Source: Balanoglossus misakiensis
Taxonomy: Eukaryota; Animalia; Hemichordata
Assembly (NCBI GenBank): GCA_040954595.2
Contig: CM082592.2
Coordinates: 11,998,732 to 12,062,731 of the forward strand
Direction: 5' to 3'
Length of the DNA: 64,000 bases
The stretch's first letter is position 1, and the number at the start of each line of letters is the position of its first letter. A program made the position numbers and the translations under genes. Below are positions 53,423-64,000 of the stretch, piece by piece. The notes under the pieces are model-generated. The model was not told the DNA's origin, made no database searches, and saw nothing but the letters and a program-made list of their open reading frames with translations.

Positions 53423-56400
53423 ATGGCAGCAGCTCCTGGACTACCAAAGTGGTTACTTGACTGTAAATCACAAATAACACAATATCCGGTCAGTAATGTA
53501 ATTTTTTATATACATATACGACAATAATATGTATGTAATTCAAAGTGACTGTAATTTTTAGACGTTTCGCGTAGAAAGGTCACGAAGGTGTACAAAATGT
53601 GTTTGTTTACATCGCATCGTCATAGGGTTGGCAGGCAAAACCCTGTACTACAGCAGTACTGCAACTACTGCTATGTGTGAATCATTAATTATAAAATATA
53701 AACCAGTATTCTGTATTTTTTATTATGTAACTTTTGATTTTAAATTTTATACAATATAAATTCCTGCCAAAATGACTGGGAGCAAATTTGATTAATTAAT
53801 AATTTGTCAAATTAATTTTTGTTTGAAAAATAGGAATGGGGTGCTTTGACGAGGGAGCTGTTTGATGCCATTCAACAACAACTTACAGAAAGTAAAATTA
53901 CATATTTCACTGATTTGTCAGAAGCGGAGAAGACCCTGTTTATGCAGAGAGCTGCTAAGGCAATACAACATGGTATGTGGTCAATGTTGATGTAGATAAG
54001 GGCAGTGATAGCTGGTAAAAGCTTCCAGCTACTGTGCCCACTTTTTTGACAACTTTTAGCAATCCTCTGTAAAAAGTGAACCGACACCTTCCTTGTAGAG
54101 AGATTCTAATAAAATCTTTGTGAAAAACATGAGTGATTTGCGTCGTTTTTATTCACTTTCACTTATCGCGCAGCAGCGTAGCGTCGATCTCGATATGCAG
54201 TGTGACGTCACCAACTACGCACCAGTAGCAGACGCCACCGTGCGCACGCTAACGTACACAGACAGTTGACATGGCTGGCTGCCTCGCAAGTGGGAGCAAA
54301 AACAGAGTTGGCAAAAACACGGCGAAAGGTTTTATAAGAGTTCCCGACCCTTCGGTGGACAGTCAAAATGCAAATCGACCTGAAAAATGGGTGTCAAACA
54401 TTGGCATATTATTTCGGTGCTTATTGCTGAGACAGATGATACTTTTGCTTCGGAAATGTTCGTGTTCAACTAGGTCCTATATCGTGAAGCATATTGCAAA
54501 AAAAAAAAAAAAAAAAACTACACAGCAAAAATTGTCGAAACAGCCGGGGCTCCTGATTTCCTTTGATCACCATATGACGAAACCGAATTTTTGGCATTGT
54601 AAATCAAAACTCTGATCGGAAGAAAGTAGTGTGGCGGCCTACTAGTGAACACTGTTTTTGTCGCGTACCCAAGCTGTTAATGCATCGCAAAACCATTTCC
54701 AAAGACAAAAACGACCACGCGATATGGAGTTTTCAAACGAAGATATCGTCGGATTTTTGTACGAACCCGAATACAGCAGCGATGAGATGGTAGGCGACTC
54801 AAGTGAAACTGATTCCAATAGTACAGAGGCAAGTGTAGACAGCAAAGACGATCGAGAAGAGTGATCGGCTTCGTCTTTCGTCACGCTCATGCTCATGGTG
54901 TAGCTGCGCTGCGGTAAATGCGAAGTTATTTCTACTGTCAAGGAATGCCGGTGCTGCCATGAAATAGATGTCTTGACAAGGCAGTTAGATAAAGACTTGA
55001 ATGACATATCACGAAGCCATGCGATAATTTTTGACATTTAGTCACCCATGTCATAATAGGGACCCTCGTGATTTCCCAAAAGAATAGAAAGTAAGCCTAT
55101 TGTCACTCTCGCGAAAATGTCTACCACACGTGTCTACCATCCTTTACGTTGATCAACAGCTGTGAAAAGATGCGGCTTTGTTGATCAAAGGGAGGCAGAA
55201 ACTCCGATTGTCATGTTTCGAGTACATCTGTGGTGCTTCCAGATGGTAGAGGTGGTCGTTTTTGTCTTTGGAAATGGTTTTGCGATGCATTCACAGCTTG
55301 GGTACGCGACAAAAACAGTGTTCACTAGTAGGCCTATTTCCGCCACACTACTTTCTTCCGATCAGAGTTTTGATTTACAGTGCCAAAAATACGTCCATGG
55401 TCATATGGTGATCAAAGGAAATCAGGAGCCCCGGCTGTTTCGACAATTTTTGCTGTGTAGTTTTTTTTTTTTTTTTGCAATATGCTTCACGATATAGGGC
55501 CTAGTTGAACACGAACATTTCCGAAACAAAAGTATCATCTGTCTCAGCAATAAGCACCGAAATAATATGCCAATGTTTGACACCCATTTTTCAGGTCGAT
55601 TTGCATTTTGACTGTCCACCGAAGGGTCGGGAACTCTTATAAAACCTTTCACCGTGTTTTTGCCAACTCTGTTTTTGCTCCCACTTGCGAGGGAGCCAGC
55701 CATGTCAACTGTCTGTGTACGTTAGCGTGCGCACGGTGGCGTCTGCTACTGGTGCGTAGTTGGTGACGTCACACTGCATATCGAGATCGACGCTACGCTG
55801 CTGCGCGATAAGTGAAAGTGAATAAAAACGACGCAAATCACTCATGTTTTTCACAAAGATTTTATTAGAATCTCTCTACAAGGAAGGTGTCGGTTCACTT
55901 TAAGACATATTTCTTGATCAGAGCCATCGGTAAGTTGATTATCTTAGACATACACACAATTCTTTTTCACTTGCCAGGTAAATCATTCAGAAAACTACAG
56001 TCATCTGTATCACACAGCCTGGACCAACAGCTCAACAACCAAGTGGCCAAAGAACTCCTTGAAGACTTTCCAGTAATCACCAAGTCAGACTTGGTCCTTG
56101 ACCATGCCAGAGATGGAGCAGTAGCACTTCTCAAGAAATGGCCTGAGATGAAGAGCAAACTTCATCTGTGTCTGAATCAAGCCCTGCCCGATAGACTCAG
56201 ACAGATTGCATGGAAACTCTTTCTGCATAATCCTCATTGTAAGTTGGTATGATAAATGTATGGGATAAACAGACATGAATCTAGATAAGTGAACCATTGG
56301 ACTCAAAGGTGCAACCATTTTAGTTGTCTAGTATATGGCTAAAGTTTATCAAGTTGTGACGAATAGTTGGCTCACAGGAAAACAATCCTAAACCTTACTC

Positions 56401-59400
56401 TTTTTACAATTTGCCTATAAAATGATAGATAAAATTATCTTTCAGTGAAAAAGCAGTATGTTGAGATATTGCAAAGTGATCCAAAGAATGTGATGTCTGT
56501 ACTTGACTTGGAAATTGTACAGAAATGTCAACAACTGCTTGAAGAGGAATACACCTTTCAAGAACTTGCAGGATCAGTCAGTAAGTTTACATTATGTTTC
56601 AGTGCAATTAATGCAGTGCAGTTCTCCTTTGTATTACCCCTGAAATGTGGTAGAAAATCTGAGTGAAAACTTATAAACTGTTCATTCCTGGCCCTGAAAT
56701 ATAGCAGTTGATTTTGTCAATTCATATGTGTTGAGTCATAGACGTCTCTTTACTGCTTACATGTGTGTTTAAATTATGTTTCCTGCTTCCAGGTATATTG
56801 AATGCCATGAAATCAGTTTTATCCTACCACCATGCCAGGAAGAGAACACAGACCAGTCTACATGACACTGACTACATGTTGGTCATACCTTTCCTGATTA
56901 CTGCATTGGCCACTGTCCACCCCGATCAGCTCAGTCATCGCAACAGTATAGCTTTGCTTATCGAAGAGTACATCACATTTATGAAGCAGAGACCCAGCTA
57001 CATGAAGGAGTCCTGGACTGAGGTATGGTCAATATCAGAAATAACTACATATTTAGTAGAATGCAGCAGACTTTGCAAGTATGGTGTGAACAAGTTCTGT
57101 ATTTTAACACACACATTTAAATTTATCTACGTACTTTCTTGATTCTCAAATACAGGACTACAAGGAAGGGATGCTGAACTTTACATATTCTGTAGCAACA
57201 CTGCTTGAGAAACATGATGAGGAGCTAGCAACACATTTGAAGAATCTTTTCTCTCCCACAGAAGGTAACTATACTTGATGTTAATTAGTGGAATAAAAAT
57301 GACACTGCATTCACCAGTGTGTTTCAAGCCATTTGAACCACATTGGTGAAACGTTGCACAGTCTAGTACACTATAATTAATGGTCCATATTAAGACATTT
57401 TCATATCCCATTACTGGCAGTTATGTGCCATAAATCACTGAGCCAAATGGTGGTTGAAAGAAGGGATCAAGAATTCTTGTCGCAAATGCCAAAGCTTCCG
57501 GGTCTAATCACAATTGAATTTGTTTCCCTGTTACTTCAGTACTTATATTCACATTCAGTATTCCTTTTCCCTGAATTTACACAGCCAAACGGCATGAGAC
57601 CAAAAAGAGTAAGTTTTTAATGCAACAGTTTATTGGCATTGTACATCATGTCATGTAGAGGTTGCTTATTCATTGTATGTTCATTGCTTGTTTTATTGTT
57701 TTGCTCCCACAAAGTTATTGTCCGTTGCATGCATTTGTGCCTTTAAATTTTGCATAAGTTTGCCAGATCAATTTTTTCAATCATGTCATACACATGAGGT
57801 CATTTCTCATTTGTGTCATTCTCAAAAATTCATTATCTTGTAAGTTACTTTTTCTTTCATTTCTTTTCTATCCATGTACATGCGTAGGCTATCAGGCTCT
57901 CTCACAGTGCCTGTGCAGGATATTACGATACCTTATCCTTATGCTAAGTCAAGCTGGAAGGTTTTTGCTGTGCAATGCTATTCTGGTCTGTCATGTTCTC
58001 TGCTGGGAATGGTGTACAGCAGAGAATCAGACCAGTGTAGCAAACAAGGGGCTTTGAGAGAGTCTTGTGAATGCTATGCTGTTTGCATGCAGAATTTCAT
58101 ACATGTACATGTAGTTGTACTACAGATTTGCAGTAGAATTGTAGAAATATTGCAGGTTTTAGGAGAAGACACTGCAGCGATTTTGTGCTCAGTCAGAATT
58201 GATTCAGCATTGTTTACAAGAGAATATCATTTTCACAGGTGAGATGGGAACCCATGAAACTTTGGTGGCAGGGTTGAAAGCCATTATCAGACCAATGGTC
58301 AGATGTCTATTTGTGGGTATGTAACTTACATTGTAACAGATTCCTTCAAATTCACTGGATTTAGAACAGTTCTGATTTTGATACGATCTCATGCTGTGAA
58401 TGACTGCTTTACTGATGCTATACTCTGTTACTTCACAGGATATCTTCAACTGGACACTGTGATGTACATCTGGGATCAGTACATTATTGGGTTAGACGTA
58501 CCTGAGTATGATATTGTGCCTGTGTTTACGGTCATCACTCTGATGTTACTCAGGGATCATATCTTAGACTGTGATATTGTAAGTACTTACACATAAGATG
58601 TTTGTGAAATACACAAATATTTAAGTATTGTGTGTACAGATAATCTTGGAGAAGCAACGCAGATTCGCTTACTGTGATATAACACTGTAGATAGTGGACA
58701 ACAGCACATGGGTGCAAATCACCAGTGACACTTTTGATGGCGTGTGTATTTCTTTTGGTTTGTAGCCAGTTGGCGTGGAGACGGTTCTAGCAGACCAGGC
58801 CGTCAAGTTGAAGAAGGAACAATACATGTATGAGGTAGGTTTGTTAAATCTGAATTTCTTAAGTAACATGTCGTTGCGATGACTAGTTTAGTATAATAAG
58901 ATTATGCTTGATTCTACAGAAAAATATGATTTTATATATCTAATAATTTTCTTGTTTGTCTGGTCAGATCAATAGGAATTTTTACTCTGATTTGAATGCA
59001 TTATTGAACAAAGACAGAACTGATATGCCCATTTTGGACCCCACACAAAGTAAGTAACTCATTTGAAAATTCTATTTTAAAATCAAATTCAGTGTAATGT
59101 CCTGTAACTTAAGTCGTGTCATAAATGACACTGGAAGTTTTCATTTATTTTTCCTTGCCTATGTGGGCCATATTTTGATAATTCATAGTCTCTATGGAAT
59201 GAGTGTTTAATGTCTTAGAATTACTTTTTACTGCTACAAACTCTTATAATTGTGATTGTTCTGTTTCTGTTAACCGAAAGGTCTCGGTCTTCCCGGTCCA
59301 TGGACCCATTGGTCAAGCGAGAAAATACCACCAAGAGCCAAAGCACATGATAGAAGATTAGCTAGAGAGGAAAGGGAAGCACACAGACTAAGGTGATACT

Positions 59401-61927
59401 GCCCTCACAGATTTTGTGTGGAATTCATTTGTTTTTCTAAGTTGTGTAAGAGATTGTCATCTGTTTCAAATACCATGCCTTGTCTAATGGCCATAAGTGT
59501 ACCATGTCGTCATGGTATGAAATATTGCATGCCAAAATGAAGTTTTTCGTAAACAATTTTAGCTAAAATATTGCTCGAAATATTAAATTCCCGAAACTGT
59601 ACACAGAACTGTACAAGAGCAGAGGGAAGCTGAGGAACAGAGACGACAACAAGAACTGCAAGAAAGGATAGAGGAAGAAGAGAGATTCCAGCAACAAATG
59701 ATGGAAGATAGAAAGAGAATTGAAGAAGACAGAATGTACTTGGAGGATCAACTGGAGTTTGTAAGTCTATTTTCACCAGGTTTAATTGTGATGGTTGTGA
59801 CCATCTCAATCGCCAAGATAGACAAAATTTTAAACAAAACTGAGTACTAGTTGATAGATGTACATACATACAATGACATGTAGCATTGAACTTTGACCTC
59901 ATTACAGGAGAAAAAGAGAAGAGAAGAAAGTGAGAGGCACGCCAAGGAAGAAATTGAACAACTCAGAAGAGAAATTGAAGAACTGAGAAAAATCAAGCAG
60001 GTACTAATACATCAGGTTTAGTATGCTGGATGCTGTTTCTCAGAACAATAATTATTCTTTTGTTTTGAAAGTGTGATGCATCTGCCAGTCATAGTAAGAG
60101 ATTAAGAGTTGTTCATTTAACATGGTTATAATGAATCAGTAAAAAAGATATGATAAATGGAGGGTGTATTCTGTTTGTGTGGCTTTTGTCTGTGTGTTAG
60201 AATAATTTGTTGTTGTGTACAGTTTTTGAATTCTTTATTCTCATTCATCAGAGACCATGGCCTGATGAGACGGAACCTGCTCAACAACCTCAGCCTGCCT
60301 CAAGAGAAAGGTGAGTGAAGTCATCCTGTGTTATTTCAAAGTTATCACTCCTATTCCCTGTTGACATGTCCAGCTACACCAGCAAACAGTATCATAGCAA
60401 GAATACCATTTTGTGTTAACTGTAAAGGCCTTGGAAGCAGCGCTAAAAATAAAAACTTAAATGGCAGTCACAGTCAGATGCATAAACTAGTGTTTTGTGA
60501 CCAGCCTCTGAGGAGGTCTTGTACTATGTAAACAGAAGCCCTCATCTCCCTATCAGGGCCACGGGACTTGCAGAGGTGTATTAATTAATATAAGCCCTTG
60601 GATGTACTTTAGAAAGTGGGAAAAAGTCAACAGAGTTGACCACTTTTGATTGCCAATAACGTAACCATTGCGGACGCGCTGGCAGTACCGCGAAACAGTA
60701 GCATAACTTGACTTCAAGACCCGGAGAATTATTCGACAGTTGAGATAGACACTTTAAGTAGATAGTAACGCTGAGCCAAGTCAGATGAGCATAATCAGGA
60801 AACTACAGGAAGAGGACCATCAGGGAGCTAGCATGATGACTTTAGCCAGGATTCAGGACTTTAGCCATCACAGTAAGTTTCAGGTTTAGATGAAGTCCAT
60901 TTTTTTCTGATATTTGGAAAACATCCATACAGCAAACTAGTAGAAGTATGTGAGCAATTTGATGCATTTCACCTTAACTGAAAAGGAAATACCAAGAGTG
61001 AGTTCATGCTTAGTGAATCATTTTATTCATATTCTGTTACAACACAATGTTCCTAAACACCAAACCAAGCAATGCACCCACTGAAACCCTTTATTTGTGA
61101 TTACAGCAAACAGCAACCCACCATACCACCACCCTCGGCAGCAACTCATGACACACGGACCTGGGGAGTCCGCACCCCTACAGGGGGTTCAAATGTTCAG
61201 ACTCCACCTCCTGGAAGTGAACGTAGAAAGCATGCTGAGGCAGTGACAATGAATTTATTAGAAAGAGTGATGGACAGTATCAATTACTGTGAGTAAATGT
61301 TTAAGTTTTAATGCTTTGCAATCATGTCTCAAAGTCAACAATGCACCTTGAAACTTGTAGAAAAAAATTAGGCTTGTTGAAGTCTTCGTTGGCATGCCTT
61401 TCAACTGCTAAACCCATGCAACTGTAAAATCCAGGAATTTTGAATGACTTTTGTTTCATATTTGGTTTGTTTGACAGTGGGTCACAGTGAAGGCAGAGAG
61501 AGAGAAACCCTTGACAGAGAGACAAGGGACACTCTGAAAGAGTACAACAGAGCTTATGAAGAAGCACAGGTTTGTCTCTTTGATTTGGTGCATGCTAAGA
61601 ATGATTGTGTGAAAGTTTTTATGATGTAGATAGACATGTTCGTTTGTCTTCGACAGCAACAAGTAATCTTCAGTTGTGTTCTGTGGATGGGTGAAAATAG
61701 GACTTGCTTATCAAGTACATGAATGAGATTTGATGTGGCTGCATCTGTACGACTTCCTTGAGAATGTTTACTTTATCATTTTGCAGAATGAAGTGTTTGG
61801 AAGGAAGTTGAGACAGGAGGAATGGGACCAGATGGGGGAGAACGAACGGTCTGAGACGGAGGACAAGTTGATGGAAGTTGTGTGGCAGAAATATGAAGAC
61901 AAGTATGAGGCATCTCTGCCCCATTAA
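53423..61927 (+). CDS. Uncharacterised protein with a degenerate Rab-GAP TBC-like fold and a C-terminal coiled coil
   Basis: Phase-consistent exons 53423-53488, 53834-53972, 55978-56238, 56446-56580, 56793-57022, 57156-57264, 58239-58316, 58439-58578, 58766-58834, 58968-59049, 59281-59392, 59607-59760, 59909-60000, 60252-60310, 61107-61288, 61478-61569, 61787-61927. TBC-like motifs LPDRLRQIAWKLFL and LFVGYLQLDTVMYIWDQY; E/R/Q-rich helix. The gene structure is solid; the fold call is moderate. Confidence 0.75.
54075..55899. mobile_element. Non-autonomous foldback DNA transposon (Kolobok/KolobokP-like) with ~645-bp inverted arms and THAP / P2X7-C-terminal-like remnants
   Basis: Arms 54075-54718 and 55252-55899 are near-perfect reverse complements. 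Termini are AG..CT with TTAA on the right flank and a degenerate left flank. The arms encode MAGCLASGSKN..FIRVPDP..KWV (THAP-like); the spacer encodes FLYEPEY..WCSC/GKC..ECRCCHEI. Confidence 0.8.
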
Positions 61928-62629
61928 AATAAGTTACACATTTCATTACGCTTTCCAAGTGGTACACTCACTCTTGGCCATCAGCTAAGTGTATAGCTGA
62001 TGTGAGATTACTAGTACTACCTACCCGGTACTTCCATCCATTTAGGAAAGTTAGATATTCAGTTCCGACCATGAAATTTGGATACAGTTGGACTTCATCC
62101 AGTGTACAAGGTCTTGTTTACTCCGTCCATTTTGAAACATACAAGAAACGCAACTTGGCTAAAATAGAGCAGCTAACACTCCCTGATAGTAAAAAGCCAC
62201 AGAAGTCAAAACTGCACCAGTACTGCTTCCATGCAATGTTTAACACCCTTGACTTCACTTTAAGAAAGAGCGAGACTTGCTAAAAGAAAAACCAAGTCAG
62301 TTCTTAAAAGTTGGCAATCAGTTGTATATTATTTGTACATGTACATCCATCCACAGTTCCTGAAAAGAACTTCACCTGTAATATAGTTGATATCATGCAC
62401 AGCCTTGCTAAATTATGTCTGTTTCTTTTGTAAGATAAAATGGATTGGTATTAAAGATGTTACTGGTATCAATGAGACATATATGAATATAATTTGTAAA
62501 TTTGTAAGATATTGAAAATATTGTCATAATTGTAGATAAAACATTCAAGATATTGTATATGCTTCTTTAATAAAATCTATAGTAATAAAACTATTTTCTT
62601 GGTCATACAGACCTCCAGCACTCACTTAA

Positions 62630-62668
<39 letters not shown>
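62630..62668. repeat. (GAT)n microsatellite
   Basis: About 13 perfect GAT units. Confidence 0.95.
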
Positions 62669-62671
<3 letters not shown>

Positions 62672-62990
62672 ATTTATCTGCTTCTTTGCTTTTTCTTATA
62701 CATATGATAACTGACTAGTAATAGTGCAGCTAGAATCTTTGGCAGCACAATGAACCCAGTCTGTGAGGGCGCTAAAAGGATGTAACCCACTGATCGCCCG
62801 ACAGATTTTTTCATAAAGTTGACTGAGGTACTAATGTATATTTTTGTGTGGGGTGAGACGATGAACTCATGAAGACCCAGTTTCTCTTTTATTTATTTCC
62901 CAGTGAGTATATTACACACATGAAAAGATAATATGGGAGAAATGACTAAACTTTCGCCCATCGCCCACTCTAAAGTTTGGCCAAACCAGA

Positions 62991-63107
62991 ACAGTATCAA
63001 AACTTTTTTTTACCCGTCGTTCTTTGCAATCGCCAAGATGGCTGCCTCCAGTATCAAAACTTTTTTTTACCCGTCGTTCTTTGCAAGCGCCAAGATGGCT
63101 GCCTCCA
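62991..63107. repeat. Tandem duplication of ~57 bp containing CAAGATGGC
   Basis: cagtatcaaaactttttttacccgtcgttctttgcaa.cgccaagatggctgcctcca occurs twice. Confidence 0.9.
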
Positions 63108-64000
63108 CAGAAACTGATCCGTCAGAATGCATTCATCAATATTTACGTTTCTGCAGCCATAGCTGCAAGTTCGGTTCCTTAGTAATGCCCAGAACTTCCC
63201 GTCTGCTCGAAGCAGCATCAAGGAAATATTCGCCCGCGCTACCTATGGAACAGCCTGGGAAGCCCTAATGGCATGCAGTATAGAGTTACACCTTGATTAC
63301 TAGAAAAGCGCCTGCGGCCAACCAGCTGTGTTCGGCATAATGTATGAAATACCTTTTACCTTTTATGGCACGTAGCCCAATATGAGCATTTAATTTATGC
63401 CAAGTGTGACGTGAGAAACAGGCGGATTATTGAACGCATTCACCTGCGGCAGTCATTTTCTCCCCGCTATGAGAAAATTTGACGTCTACTGTCGCCAAGC
63501 TTGAAGTCGATGGAGATCTTTGATGTATACGCTCTGAAGATGTGCGTAATGAGCTCCGGCAGGGTATGTCGACATTCATTTTCAGGCTTGCTCTGGTTGG
63601 AGGTTTAGCTTCGCCTGCGGCTGTCATTGTTTCTCTTTCCTTTTTAACTTCGCCGACTTGCCCATACAAGCTTGGGTTCGCCGCGTGTGCCTGTCTGTCC
63701 TACGCCAAGGCCCATTTCCCACCGAACCGCTTGATCACAACATTCGCCCGATTTCTGGGTGTAATTTTGCGGAGATGTCGCGACGCAAGCAGAAAAATCC
63801 ACAGAAAATACGACAGCTAACGACCGAAGGTAAGCCAGGATAAATTATGAGCATATTCCGCCTCTCTCGACACGATAGAGCAAAGCGTGTGAACTTTCGG
63901 TTGAAGAAATTACGACAACTGTTGTCACGAATGGGTGGGTCAGGTTGGTGGGCGGGATGGGACACACTTCCACAGGAATTTAGACTGCCGTAGATAGGAT

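Noticed and set aside
54271-54615. 114-aa and 93-aa ORFs (mirror at 55422-55703) as host genes
   Set aside because: They are mirror-image, degenerate THAP-like remnants within the transposon arms.
60765-60872. Possible extra exon of the TBC-like gene
   Set aside because: The only open reading gives a donor phase incompatible with the next exon.

Overview
Eukaryotic (animal, most likely a marine invertebrate) genomic DNA that is AT-rich and has compact intron-exon genes. The ORF track is therefore mostly noise, and I rebuilt the genes by hand from GT-AG splice sites with phase checking. In order: the 3' part of an invertebrate-type dopamine transporter (SLC6, +); an RNF34/RFFL FYVE-RING E3 ligase (-); an alpha-class-like GST (-); a 5'-truncated, intron-containing, bacterial-type group II PLP decarboxylase (+); ULK1/2-Atg1 kinase (-), head-to-head with an AKAP1/spoonbill orthologue (+); and B3GLCT (-), head-to-head with an uncharacterised TBC-like coiled-coil gene (+). 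Two things stand out. First, the giant first coding exon of AKAP1 is built from three nested tandem arrays: 8 PKA-R-anchoring-like helices, 8 derived 25-aa units, and 5-6 PAM2-like (PABP-binding) motifs. This suggests a multivalent PKA/PABP scaffold on the mitochondrial outer membrane. Second, an intron of the TBC-like gene holds a 1.8-kb foldback element with ~645-bp inverted arms that carries THAP and P2X7-C-terminal-like remnants (Kolobok/KolobokP-like). No rRNA, tRNA or CRISPR features were recognised. All family assignments rest on motif recognition, not database searches.
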